Below, in pieces: positions 53,758 through 63,522 of a stretch of DNA of 64,000 nt. The stretch is from an uncultured Verrucomicrobiota bacterium (GTDB taxonomy: Bacteria; Verrucomicrobiota; Kiritimatiellia; CAJWTS01). Every line of letters starts with the position of its first letter. Within the stretch, counting starts at the first letter, position 1. Below the pieces are notes generated by a model, which was not told where the DNA came from, ran no database searches, and saw nothing but the letters and a program-made list of their open reading frames with translations. Location of the stretch: positions 5,232 through 69,231 of the forward strand of contig CAJWTS010000011.1 in assembly GCA_913047795.1 (NCBI GenBank), written 5' to 3'. The translations under genes and the position numbers were made by a program.

Positions 53758-53829
53758 GTGGTGTCTTATCTCCCAACGTTGGAAATCACGGGCGCGCGCT
53801 TCGCGCGTCCTGTGCATTGACTTGTTAGG

Positions 53830-54552
53830 CTAGTTTTCGTACCCCAACCTGCTAAGGGTGTCAGGTGGAAAAAGCTCACGGAAAAGATCGTAGTGATGAG
53901 GCTGGAACAGAGAATGATAAGTTTTAGTGTCCAATTGCGATCTGGTCACATACGCCGGATAGTTCACTATGGTATTAAGATCAAATGGCTTAGATACTCT
54001 CAACAGAATCTCTTCTGAAAATTCAAGGTGTCCAGCGATTCTGGAAATTGTCGATTGGTAGTCATTTTCAAATTCTTCAAGTTTCAAATTGAGGAATCTT
54101 CTGTCGGAAAAGGGAAAGTGATAGATATTCATGATTACTCCTCTAGATAGATTTTGCATTTCAAAAGAAATACCATCTTCAGATTGGAGGCGCTCTTTGT
54201 ATGTCTTTCCCGTATCTTTCCACTCTGTATTAACCCAGGGTTCATCAATTCTTTGATGCCATCGATATGCAGATGCAATGATTTCATAAGGATGACGGAT
54301 TACGTGTATCCCTTTTACTGTTAAATTTTCTATTCGCAGATTACCGCCCCACGATACGAATTTGTAATCAACAGATTGATCCACTTCTGCACTACTTTCA
54401 TAGACAATCACGTCTGCGTCATTCGGAACTTCCGAAGTGGTAGAAAGGTCGTAATAAGTCAAACCCACCTCTTGAGCAATGGCTCGAGCTATTCTGCCGC
54501 ACAGGTGATGACCAGTTTTGTGATGTGTGATAAAAATTCGTTTGAACATCAT
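53830..54552 (-). CDS. putative sulfotransferase-family protein (low-GC gene)
   Basis: 240 aa with an N-terminal phosphate-binding-loop-like FITHHKTGHH and a sulfotransferase-like size and fold. GC is roughly 40% against ~63% for the surroundings. Confidence 0.45.
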   Translation of the reverse strand: MMFKRIFITHHKTGHHLCGRIARAIAQEVGLTYYDLSTTSEVPNDADVIVYESSAEVDQSVDYKFVSWGGNLRIENLTVKGIHVIRHPYEIIASAYRWHQRIDEPWVNTEWKDTGKTYKERLQSEDGISFEMQNLSRGVIMNIYHFPFSDRRFLNLKLEEFENDYQSTISRIAGHLEFSEEILLRVSKPFDLNTIVNYPAYVTRSQLDTKTYHSLFQPHHYDLFRELFPPDTLSRLGYEN

Positions 54553-54644
54553 ACTTCCCGTAATTTTGAAGCCTAACGTTGCGTTTAGCCGCGGGGCGAT
54601 CTCGCGTCAGGGACGGTCACATGACCGACGGAGCCGTTCCGTGG

Positions 54645-55823
54645 TTAGCGCTTCAGATCCAGCCCCAGGATACTGAAGAAGAAACTGAACAGGACCGTCT
54701 GGCAGCCCATGATCAGGGAGGTGACGGCGGGAATGACGGTGCGCAGGGTCTGTGCGGGAATCAGCGGGCCGAACGATTGACTGCGCCAATGCATCACGGC
54801 CGCAATCGATCCACCGATGCCGATCAGCACCAGCACCGCGCCGATCACGAGGCCGAGCTCCAGCGTGAATGTGTCGAAGATCTTCAGGAACTTTTCTTCG
54901 CGAGGACGTAAACCGGAGACCATGGCGAAGGTCTTGGAGAGGAACGCGAAGAGAACGGCCTGGAAGCCGATCAGGACCGCGGCGGCGGAGAACATCATGG
55001 TGTGGATTCCGAGGTTGGCATCGCCAACACGTTGATCGCCGGGCAGAAGCCAGGCGCCGGTCGCGAGGCCCGCAATCATTAAGAGCATGCCGGGGTACAG
55101 GAATAACCAGCGTGGGCTGTAGAGCAGCATGAACCGCAGGTGCCGCCAGCCGTCGCGCCAGGTGCGCAGATGCGGTGCGCGCGTGCGCCCGTCGGGTGAC
55201 AGCGTGGTTGGAACCTCGGCGATGCGACTGTTGTGCAGCGTCGCCTTGACCACCATTTCGCTGGCGAATTCCATGCCGGTCGATTGCAGGTCCCAGGTTG
55301 CAGCTGCCTGCTTGCTGAACCCGCGCAGGCCGCAATGAAAGTCGCTGCTGGGACAATTGAAAAATAGGCGACCGATCCAACTCAGCACGGGATTGCCAAG
55401 GTAGCGGTGCAGGAACGGCATGGCACCCGGCGCGATGCCGCCCTTGAAGCGGTTGCCCATGACGAGGTCGTATCCTTCGCGCAGTTTTTCCACATAGCGC
55501 GGCATGTGGCTGAAATCATAGCTGTCGTCGGCGTCGCCCATGAGGATGTAGGTGCTGCGCGCCGCCGCGATGCCGCCCAGCAACGCGCTGCCGTATCCCT
55601 TGTTTTCGATATCGACAACGCGCGCACCGGCGTCGGTTGCCATTTTCTGGGATCCATCCGTGCTGCCGTTGTCGGCGATGAGGACCTCGCCCGGAGCACC
55701 GAAATCATCGATGGCCGCTTTCGCTTTGCGGACACAGGTCTCGATGGTCTCTGCCTCGTTGAGGCAGGGCATCAGGATCGTGATTTCGAGGGAATCAGCC
55801 TTGGATGTGTGCTGGTCAGTCAT
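54645..55823 (-). CDS. family 2 glycosyltransferase with C-terminal transmembrane domain (DPM/GtrB-like)
   Basis: ILMPCLNEAE, IADNGSTDGS and a DAD motif (GDADDS), followed by ~4 TM helices. Start chosen at ATG 55823. Confidence 0.7.
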   Translation of the reverse strand: MTDQHTSKADSLEITILMPCLNEAETIETCVRKAKAAIDDFGAPGEVLIADNGSTDGSQKMATDAGARVVDIENKGYGSALLGGIAAARSTYILMGDADDSYDFSHMPRYVEKLREGYDLVMGNRFKGGIAPGAMPFLHRYLGNPVLSWIGRLFFNCPSSDFHCGLRGFSKQAAATWDLQSTGMEFASEMVVKATLHNSRIAEVPTTLSPDGRTRAPHLRTWRDGWRHLRFMLLYSPRWLFLYPGMLLMIAGLATGAWLLPGDQRVGDANLGIHTMMFSAAAVLIGFQAVLFAFLSKTFAMVSGLRPREEKFLKIFDTFTLELGLVIGAVLVLIGIGGSIAAVMHWRSQSFGPLIPAQTLRTVIPAVTSLIMGCQTVLFSFFFSILGLDLKR

Positions 55824-56299
55824 TTGGAGCCCGCTGAGGCGACTATCCAAGCATAGGGATTCCCATTCCGGCAAGCGTAATGGCAGGCACGGTTGTCATC
55901 AGGACGTGGGGTGCGTGGATGTGTCCACGGGGTACCTGCTAAGGGTAGCGGAAGCGGTCCTCGCCTGGCCTAAAGGTCCGTGAAGAAGATGATCGGACCC
56001 GCGACGCCGAAGAACAAGCTCGCGCCACACCGGATATGACGACAGGGGAGAATAGCGCGGCGATCAGAAACCGTATGGCGAGGCTGGTAAGACGGCCTCG
56101 ATATTCGTTCATGGGCCGTGCCGGGTTGGATGCGCATCTCCCGCGCGTCCGGACGCCTGTGTTCATCAGCCCAAGACCGGGAAAGGACCCGGCTTCGACT
56201 CTTGCCTTTTTAATGGCTATCGGGCACGATTCGTCCCCCTTCCGGATCGGCCGCAGGCTGGAGCCGGGCCGGGCGAGCAACCATTCGGGCTGGCGTGTT

Positions 56300-57199
56300 A
56301 TGTGTGGTATCGTAGGCTTATATCTGAAGAACGAGGCGTTGCAGCCTCGGATTGGTGAGTTGGTTACACCCATGCTGGATCGCATGGGCGATCGTGGTCC
56401 GGATAGCGCCGGGCTGGCCATCTATCGCGACGAAGTTCCCGCCGACAGCATTAAACTGACGCTTCGGCGCCTTTCGGATGAACTTGACTGGTCGGACGTG
56501 GATACGGCTCTGACCAAACGCTTTGCTGGTGATGTTCCCCTGCGCGAGAACGGAAGCTACGCCGTTGTCGTGGTGACGGGTACCGAGCAAGCCGTCGTTG
56601 ACTACCTTGCGGAAGCCTACCCCTCGGTGCGGATCATGAGTGCCGGGCGCAAAATCGAGATATTCAAGGAAGCCGGTCGTCCGGAAGCCATCTCGAAGAA
56701 ATTTGGTTTTGACGGTCTTTATGGCTCGCATGCCATCGGTCATACGCGCATGGCGACAGAGAGCGCGGTGACAACCGACGGCTCACATCCGTTTTCGACC
56801 GGGATGGACCTGTGCCTCGTTCATAACGGTAGTCTCAGCAACTATTTCGCACTGCGCGAGAATTTGCAGCGGCAGGGGATCGAGTTTCGGACCGAAAACG
56901 ATTCAGAAGTCGCGGCGGGTTACCTGATGTGGCGCATGCGCGAAGGCGATAGCCTGCGGGCGGCGCTGGAATCGGCGCTCGCGGATCTCGACGGTTTCTA
57001 CACGTTTGCAATCGGAACCGCCAACGGTTTCGCCGTCTTGCGCGATCCCATCGCTTGTAAGCCCGCCGTGATGGTCGAGACCGATGACTACGTGGCCATG
57101 GCATCGGAGTATCGATCGCTTGCGGATCTGCCCGGTATCGAGGCCGCGCAACAATGGGAACCGGAACCCGGCCTGGTCTATTCGTGGGGCGACGACTAA
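56300..57199 (+). CDS. mgsA: class-II glutamine amidotransferase domain protein; candidate N-methylglutamate synthase subunit A
   Basis: MCGIVGL N-terminal nucleophile. Standalone GltS-type GAT domain, ~300 aa. First in the synteny GAT-GXGXG-FMN-GS-soxBDA. Confidence 0.65.
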   Translation: MCGIVGLYLKNEALQPRIGELVTPMLDRMGDRGPDSAGLAIYRDEVPADSIKLTLRRLSDELDWSDVDTALTKRFAGDVPLRENGSYAVVVVTGTEQAVVDYLAEAYPSVRIMSAGRKIEIFKEAGRPEAISKKFGFDGLYGSHAIGHTRMATESAVTTDGSHPFSTGMDLCLVHNGSLSNYFALRENLQRQGIEFRTENDSEVAAGYLMWRMREGDSLRAALESALADLDGFYTFAIGTANGFAVLRDPIACKPAVMVETDDYVAMASEYRSLADLPGIEAAQQWEPEPGLVYSWGDD

Positions 57200-57236
57200 G
57201 TCGAAGGGAGTCGATATCAAGGAGCAGACGATAGAC

Positions 57237-57911
57237 TTGAGTGCCGACAGCGTACGGGCTTTGAATCAACGCCTGCACGACCTGACCGAGGCGAGCGCGG
57301 ACAGTACCTGGCGCATTGCGCAGCCACGCGGAGCGCACGCGATTGCCTGTGGTATGCGCGTCGCGGCCGATATCGTCATCGATGGGCACGCCGGCTACTA
57401 CTGTGCCGGCATGAATCAGCTGGCACGGATCACCGTTAACGGCAACGTCGGCGTCGGTGTTGCGGAGAACATGATGTCCGGCGTCGTGCGCGTCAAGGGG
57501 CAGGCCAGCCAATCGGCGGGCGCCACCGCGCATGGTGGTCTGCTCGTTATCGAGGGCGATGCGGCGGCGCGCTGCGGGATCTCGCTCAAGGGCGGCAACA
57601 TCGTGGTCGGCGGCTCCGCCGGGCACATGACCGGGTTTCTGTCGCAGGCGGGCAATATCGTTATTTGCGGTGACGCGCGGGAAGCCCTGGGTGATTCGCT
57701 CTATGAAACCCATATTTATGTGCGTGGCAGGGCGGAAGGATTGGGTGCCGATTGCATGGAGAAGGATCTGCGCGACGAACATCGTGAGGATCTCGCGGGT
57801 CTGTTGGAGCAGGCGGAGATCGACGCCGATCCCGCGACGTTTCGTCGCTACGGTTCGGCGCGAACGCTTTATACATATAAAGCCGACAACGCGGAGGTCG
57901 CGGCACAATGA
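57237..57911 (+). CDS. mgsB: GXGXG-motif glutamate-synthase C-terminal-domain-like protein; candidate N-methylglutamate synthase subunit B
   Basis: Right-handed beta-helix repeats (GNVGVGVAENMMSG, GNIVVGGSAGHMTG). The start is uncertain; TTG at 57237 is tentative. Confidence 0.6.
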   Translation: MSADSVRALNQRLHDLTEASADSTWRIAQPRGAHAIACGMRVAADIVIDGHAGYYCAGMNQLARITVNGNVGVGVAENMMSGVVRVKGQASQSAGATAHGGLLVIEGDAAARCGISLKGGNIVVGGSAGHMTGFLSQAGNIVICGDAREALGDSLYETHIYVRGRAEGLGADCMEKDLRDEHREDLAGLLEQAEIDADPATFRRYGSARTLYTYKADNAEVAAQ

Positions 57912-59242
57912 CGGCGAGCGGTCAGCCCGAACCCGGCATGCGCGAGTCGGCCTCGTTCGATCGCAACGTGATCCACGAGATCCAGCGCGCGGCGCGGACC
58001 GGTGTTTATGACATTCGTGGATTCGGGGCGAAGCGGCATTTGCCGCATTTCGACGATCTCGTTTTTCTCGGCGCCAGCATGTCGCGCTATCCACTTGAAG
58101 GATACCGGGAACGATGCGATTGCGATGTGACGCTCGGAACGCGTTTCGCTACGAATCCGATTAAGATTGAAATTCCGATCACCATCGCCGGCATGAGCTT
58201 TGGCGCGCTATCGGGTCCCGCCAAGGAGGCCCTCGGCCGCGGCGCCACCGCTGCTGGTACCAGCACAACGACCGGTGACGGTGGCATGACGCAGGAAGAG
58301 CGGGGTCATTCCGAAAAGCTTGTTTACCAGATCTTGCCATCGCGTTACGGCATGAACCCCGACGATCTGCGCAAGGCGGATGCGATCGAGGTTGTGCTGG
58401 GCCAGGGCGCCAAGCCGGGTGGCGGCGGGATGTTGATGGGGCAGAAAATTTCCGATCGCGTGGCGGAGATGCGCACGCTTCCCAGGAACATCGATCAGCG
58501 TTCGGCCTGCCGACATCCGGATTGGACCGGGCCGGACGATCTCGCGATCAAAATTATCGAACTGCGCGAGATTACGGACTGGAAGGTGCCTGTTTACATT
58601 AAGATTGGTGCGACGCGGACCTACTACGACGTGAAGTTGGCGGTCAAGGCCGGGGCGGATGTCGTTGTGCTGGACGGTATGCAGGGCGGCACCGGTGCGA
58701 CCCAGGAAGTTTTTATCGAGCACGTCGGCATCCCGACCATGCCCGCGCTGCGCCAGGCCGTCCAGGCGCTCAAGGAAATGGACATGCATCGCAAGGTGCA
58801 GTTGATCGTGTCGGGCGGCATACGTACCGGTGCGGACGTGGCCAAGGCGCTCGCCATGGGCGCCGACGCCGTCTCGATCGGTGTTGCAGCCCTGGTCGCA
58901 TTGGGGGACAACAGCCCGGCGCATCAGTCGGACTATGAGAAGCTTGGCTCCGGCGCGGGATACTATGACGACTGGCACGAGGGCCGGTGTCCGGCCGGCA
59001 TCTCCACGCAGGACGAAGAACTCGCGAACCGCCTGGATCCCGAATTGGGCGGGCGCCGGTTGGCCAACTACCTGCGTGTGCTGGCCGTTGAGTGCCAGAC
59101 GATTGCACGTGCCTGTGGCAAGAGCCATGTGCACAATCTCGAACCGGAAGACCTGGTAGCCCTGACCGTGGAATCCGCTGCCATGGCCGGCGTTCCGCTC
59201 GCCGGCACGAACTGGGTGCCTGGATCGGGGCATGGTGAGTGA
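57908..59242 (+). CDS. mgsC: glutamate-synthase FMN-binding-domain protein; candidate N-methylglutamate synthase subunit C
   Basis: ATGA overlap with the upstream gene. GltS FMN/Fe-S TIM-barrel domain motifs (IAGMSFGALS, VVLDGMQGGTGA, SGGIRTGADV). Confidence 0.7.
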   Translation: MTASGQPEPGMRESASFDRNVIHEIQRAARTGVYDIRGFGAKRHLPHFDDLVFLGASMSRYPLEGYRERCDCDVTLGTRFATNPIKIEIPITIAGMSFGALSGPAKEALGRGATAAGTSTTTGDGGMTQEERGHSEKLVYQILPSRYGMNPDDLRKADAIEVVLGQGAKPGGGGMLMGQKISDRVAEMRTLPRNIDQRSACRHPDWTGPDDLAIKIIELREITDWKVPVYIKIGATRTYYDVKLAVKAGADVVVLDGMQGGTGATQEVFIEHVGIPTMPALRQAVQALKEMDMHRKVQLIVSGGIRTGADVAKALAMGADAVSIGVAALVALGDNSPAHQSDYEKLGSGAGYYDDWHEGRCPAGISTQDEELANRLDPELGGRRLANYLRVLAVECQTIARACGKSHVHNLEPEDLVALTVESAAMAGVPLAGTNWVPGSGHGE

Positions 59243-59431
59243 TGCGGGCTTCAGGGAGGCGGACAAGCGAATGCACTCCAGGGCGACGCGTGGATTGAGC
59301 AGTCAGCGGCAGGCTGGAGCGAAGCACAGGACCTGAAGCCTGACCACGGAACCCGGCTGCGATCAGGTCTTAAGACTTACAAGGAAATCGAAAAAAATCA
59401 CCACACGACGTCAAACGAAGAGGAGATAGCC

Positions 59432-60790
59432 ATGCGTACACGCGAAGAAGTAAAACAGCAGATGGCAGAAGACGAGATCGAATTTATCCTGGTTCAATTT
59501 GTAGATGCGACCGGAGCAGCGAAGGTCAAGATGATACCGGTCTCCAGTTTTGACGATGCGGTCGATGAAGGCGCGGGGTTCGCCGGTGCGGCGGTCTGGG
59601 GCGTGGGGCAGGGGCCGCATTCGCACGACATGCTCGCGCGTGTGGATGTCGATACCTACACGCCGATCCCATGGCAGCCGAATACGGCGCGCTTCGCGAG
59701 TGATCTCTTCGTCGATGGTGAATCGTACCCGAATTGCGCGCGTACAAATTTCAAGCGTGTCCTGGCGGACACCCATGAACAGGGATTCATCTTCAACGTC
59801 GGCATGGAGCCGGAGCATTTCCTCGTCACGCGTAATGAGGATGGCTCGATTCAGCCCTGGGATCCCGACGGTGTCGATTCGCTGTCCAAGCCCTGCTACG
59901 ACTTCCGGTCGATGGCGCCCGCTATGGCGTACCTACAGGAGTTGACCACCTCCCTGAATGGACTCGGCTGGGGCGTTTATCAATGCGACCACGAGGACGC
60001 CAATGGGCAGTTCGAGGTCAATTTCGACTACGCCGACGCGTTGACGACCGCCGACCGGATTATTTTCTTCAAGATGGCAACGTCCCAGATTGCGAAAAAA
60101 TATGGAGCGATTGCAACGCATATGCCGAAGCCGTTCAGCGATCGAACCGGCAGCGGGCTGCACGTGCACTATCACCTTGCCGATGCCGAGACGGGTTCCG
60201 GGGTCTTTGGGGACGAGAATGATCCGCGCGGGCTGGGTTGCTCCGAACTCGGGTATCACTTTATCGGCGGTGTGTTGCATCATGCGCGCGCGCTGGCGGC
60301 GGTGACCTGTCCGACGGTGAATTGCTACAAACGTCTGCAACTCGGTTCGGGGTTGTACTCGAGCCGATCGGGATTTACATGGACGCCGGCGTTCGTCACC
60401 TATGGCGACAATAATCGTACGCAGATGATCCGCACGGCGGGACCCGGGCATTTCGAGGATCGCACGGTCTCCGCCGCCGCCAATCCCTACCTGGCCCTGG
60501 CTGCCTACCTGGCGGCCGGGATGGATGGCATCGCGAATAAGATCGATCCGGGCGACCCCAACCTGGGCAATATGTATGAGCGTCCGCTCGAGGAGATCCG
60601 TGCCAGGGGCATTCGGATCCTGCCGCAGTCACTCTGGGAAGCCCTGGCCGAACTGCGCGGCGACGAGGTCATCAAATCCGCCCTGGGCGTGATCGCGGAT
60701 GACTTTATCGAGATGAAGACGCGCGAGTGGGAGACCTACGATCAGCAGGTGACGTCCTGGGAACTCGACGAGTACCTGACCTACTTCTAA
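59432..60790 (+). CDS. gmaS: glutamine-synthetase-family enzyme; candidate gamma-glutamylmethylamide synthetase
   Basis: GAGGAG RBS. GS catalytic-domain similarity (GMEPEHFL, GSGLHVHYHL), 452 aa. Position between mgs-like and sox-like genes. Confidence 0.65.
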   Translation: MRTREEVKQQMAEDEIEFILVQFVDATGAAKVKMIPVSSFDDAVDEGAGFAGAAVWGVGQGPHSHDMLARVDVDTYTPIPWQPNTARFASDLFVDGESYPNCARTNFKRVLADTHEQGFIFNVGMEPEHFLVTRNEDGSIQPWDPDGVDSLSKPCYDFRSMAPAMAYLQELTTSLNGLGWGVYQCDHEDANGQFEVNFDYADALTTADRIIFFKMATSQIAKKYGAIATHMPKPFSDRTGSGLHVHYHLADAETGSGVFGDENDPRGLGCSELGYHFIGGVLHHARALAAVTCPTVNCYKRLQLGSGLYSSRSGFTWTPAFVTYGDNNRTQMIRTAGPGHFEDRTVSAAANPYLALAAYLAAGMDGIANKIDPGDPNLGNMYERPLEEIRARGIRILPQSLWEALAELRGDEVIKSALGVIADDFIEMKTREWETYDQQVTSWELDEYLTYF

Positions 60791-60998
60791 TCCTCGTGAT
60801 CGACCTGGGACGACCGGTTCGGCCGGGATCAATGAATCGGACCTTCGTGCGATCTTAACATTTTTCCGGTAGCCTGATGCCCGTTGATGGAGAGAATTCC
60901 AGCGAACGTCGCCCGCTGCGGTCACGGAGGAGGGCCAGGATCTCTGGTTCTGATCCGGGTGCGACCGGGTTACGCGCAATGCAAGGGCTTACACGACC

Positions 60999-62243
60999 AT
61001 GCCACTGAATCTGCTTAAATTCGCATTCCGTAGCGACTACGGCGAGCCGCGCATGTTTCGTCGGCCGGACCGCCTTCGCGAGGAGTACGACGTCGTCATC
61101 ATCGGCGGTGGCGGGCATGGTCTTGCAGCGGCTTACTATCTTGCAGTCGAACACGGCATTACCAACGTTGCGGTTCTGGAGAAATCGTACATCGGGTCCG
61201 GCGGCACGGGACGTAACACGGCCATTGTGCGCTCGAACTACCTGACGGAGGAGGGCGCGCGGTTCTACCAGGCCAGCGTCGACCTCTTTCGTGACCTGTC
61301 ACGCACCCTCGATCTCAACCTGTTTTATTCCGAACGAGGGCATTTCACCATGGCACATTCATTGGCCTCGCTGCGTACGCAGCGATGGCGTGCCGAGGTG
61401 AACAAACACCTTGGCATTGATTCGCAAGAGGTGGGGCCGGACTTCATTAAGGAGAAGATTCCCGAGATCGACCTGACCTGTGGCGGGCATCAGCCGCCGA
61501 TTTGTGGTGCGCTCTACCACCCGCCCGGCGCGATCGCCCGGCATGATGCGGTGGCCTGGGGCTATGCGCGCGGCGCGGATCAACGTGGCTGCGAGATTCA
61601 TCAGGGCGTCTCGGTGACGGACATTGAAGTGCGCGACGGCGCTGTCACCGGTGTGCATACGGATAAGGGCTTTGTGAAGACAACGCGCGTGCTCTCGGCC
61701 GTGGCGGGTTGGACGACCCATATCCAAAAGATGGTGGGGCTGCGCTCGCCACTCGTGATTCATCCGCTGCAGGCTCTGGTCACCGAGCCGTTGAAGCCGT
61801 GGTTGAACGCGATTGTTGTATCGGCGTCCCTGCATACGTATATCAGTCAGTCATCGCGCGGGGAGCTTGTGGCGGGTGCATCGCTCGATCCTTATGAGCT
61901 CATCTCGATGCGTTCCACGCTCGATTTCGCCGAAACGATGGCCGGTCACATGATGGATCTGTTCCCGTTCCTCGGGGACATCAAGATCATGCGCCAATGG
62001 GCCGGCCTCTGCGACATGACTCCGGACTTCTCGCCGATCATGGGGACCACCGCGATCGACGGATTTTTCCTCGACGCCGGCTGGGGTACCTGGGGATTCA
62101 AGGCGACGCCCATCAGTGGGTATGCCATGGCACACACCATTGCGACCGGCGATAACCACGATTTGATTCGTCCGTTCAACTTGTCCCGTTTTTCGGAATT
62201 CGATCAAGTCGGCGAGAAGGGCGCTGCGTCGGTCGGACATTAG
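60999..62243 (+). CDS. mgdA: sarcosine-oxidase beta-subunit family flavoprotein; candidate N-methylglutamate dehydrogenase subunit A
   Basis: VVIIGGGGHGLAAAYYL FAD motif, ~415 aa, heterotetrameric SoxB-like. Confidence 0.75.
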   Translation: MPLNLLKFAFRSDYGEPRMFRRPDRLREEYDVVIIGGGGHGLAAAYYLAVEHGITNVAVLEKSYIGSGGTGRNTAIVRSNYLTEEGARFYQASVDLFRDLSRTLDLNLFYSERGHFTMAHSLASLRTQRWRAEVNKHLGIDSQEVGPDFIKEKIPEIDLTCGGHQPPICGALYHPPGAIARHDAVAWGYARGADQRGCEIHQGVSVTDIEVRDGAVTGVHTDKGFVKTTRVLSAVAGWTTHIQKMVGLRSPLVIHPLQALVTEPLKPWLNAIVVSASLHTYISQSSRGELVAGASLDPYELISMRSTLDFAETMAGHMMDLFPFLGDIKIMRQWAGLCDMTPDFSPIMGTTAIDGFFLDAGWGTWGFKATPISGYAMAHTIATGDNHDLIRPFNLSRFSEFDQVGEKGAASVGH

Positions 62244-62245
62244 CC

Positions 62246-62509
62246 ATGAAGATACTGACATGTCCCGTTAATGGCCCGCGGCCGATCCAGGAGTTCACGT
62301 ATGGCGGCGAAGTCCGCGACATGCCTTGTCCCGACACGAGCACCGACACGCAGTGGGCGGATTATATCTTTAACCGCACGGGCGAACCGGGTGTGCGACG
62401 CGAGTGGTGGCACCACGGTCCGTCGGGAGTCTGGTTCGTGGCGGAGCGCGATATCATCGGGGATAACGTCCTGAAGACCTATCTCTGGTCCGCGCGGGAG
62501 ACGCCGTGA
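62246..62509 (+). CDS. mgdB: sarcosine-oxidase delta-subunit family protein
   Basis: 87 aa. MKILTCPVNGPRPIQEF is the typical SoxD N-terminus. Confidence 0.7.
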   Translation: MKILTCPVNGPRPIQEFTYGGEVRDMPCPDTSTDTQWADYIFNRTGEPGVRREWWHHGPSGVWFVAERDIIGDNVLKTYLWSARETP

Positions 62510-63468
62510 TTCGACGCCTTCCATCACAACCAGGGGAATGGATCGATCGCGGTCGGGAGATTGCGTTTGAATTCGAGGGTCGGCTGTTGACCGGTGCGCA
62601 CGGGGATACGATCAATAGCGCGCTCTGTGCCAACGGGGTCCGCGTCATCGGTCGCAGCTTCAAATATCATCGGCCGCGCGGCGTCTACAGTATGGCGGGT
62701 CATGATGCCGCCGGATTGTTCACGGATGGCGAACGTACGAATATGCGTGGCGATGCGGTTGCCCTTGTCGACGGCATGTGCCTGAGGGCGGTCAACACAT
62801 TCGGCAATGTGGAGCGTGACCGCATGAGTATCACGGGGCGCTTTGCGAAACTGATGCCCGTGGGATTTTACTATAAAGCCTTCTTTCGTCCGCGGTGGAT
62901 GTTCCCCTGGTTTGAAAGTTTGATTCGGCGTATCGCCGGCCAGGGCGCGATTAACTCCGCTTTTCCGGCAACGAAGAGCCCCAAGGACTATGCGTGGTGC
63001 GACGTGCTCGTCGTCGGTGGCGGGCCGTCGGGCCTGAGCGCTGCACTTGCCGCAGCTGATGCCGGGGCAGGGGTACTGTTGGTCGATGAGAATGCGCGTT
63101 TGGGCGGGTCTCTTGCATGGGGCGCTACCGTGCGGAAAGATGACGAGGGTCTTGTTGATCGCGTCCATGCGCATGACTCGATCGAGGTGCGCTGTGGGAC
63201 TTCCGTCGCGGGAGTCTACACGGATCATTGGGTGGCGCTTGTTGATGCCGACCGGCTGACCAAGTTGCGGGCGAAGGCGATCGTGTTCGCGACCGGGGCG
63301 ATCGAGCAGCCTGCCGTCTTCCAGAATAACGATCTTCCGGGTGTCATGCTGGCTTCTGCAGCGCAGCGACTGGTGCGGCTCTATTCCGTCAAACCGTTCG
63401 ATCGCGTCGTGACGTTGACCGTCCTCGAGGATCACAATCTCATCTGGCTCTACGAGACGAGTTGGTAA
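62506..63468 (+). CDS. mgdC: sarcosine-oxidase alpha-subunit family protein, 3'-truncated (320 aa of ~1000)
   Basis: N-terminal SoxA similarity (LTGAHGDTINSALCANGV, VLVVGGGPSGLSAALAAA). The ORF ends at 63468, exactly where base composition switches to AT-rich. Confidence 0.6.
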   Translation: MIRRLPSQPGEWIDRGREIAFEFEGRLLTGAHGDTINSALCANGVRVIGRSFKYHRPRGVYSMAGHDAAGLFTDGERTNMRGDAVALVDGMCLRAVNTFGNVERDRMSITGRFAKLMPVGFYYKAFFRPRWMFPWFESLIRRIAGQGAINSAFPATKSPKDYAWCDVLVVGGGPSGLSAALAAADAGAGVLLVDENARLGGSLAWGATVRKDDEGLVDRVHAHDSIEVRCGTSVAGVYTDHWVALVDADRLTKLRAKAIVFATGAIEQPAVFQNNDLPGVMLASAAQRLVRLYSVKPFDRVVTLTVLEDHNLIWLYETSW

Positions 63469-63522
63469 AGGAAGCGGTGAGAGTTCTCAATGAATGAGCG
63501 ACGTTATTCGAGGAAGAGATAG

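Noticed and set aside
53845-55945. Shared 12-mer CCTGCTAAGGGT near 53847 and 55931
   Set aside because: Hundreds of 12-mer coincidences are expected by chance in 64 kb counting both strands. There is no extended similarity around either copy.
55939-56421. 160 aa minus-strand ORF in the mgsA leader
   Set aside because: It has a low-complexity Arg/Ser/Pro-rich translation with no start context. It overlaps the mgsA N-terminus on the opposite strand, so it is probably spurious.
59432-60790. Calling the GS-family gene glnA (a GS-GOGAT locus)
   Set aside because: Context favours GmaS of the N-methylglutamate pathway: three stand-alone GltS-domain genes upstream and soxBDA-type genes downstream. 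The call stays tentative because sequence alone cannot separate GmaS from GlnA by eye.
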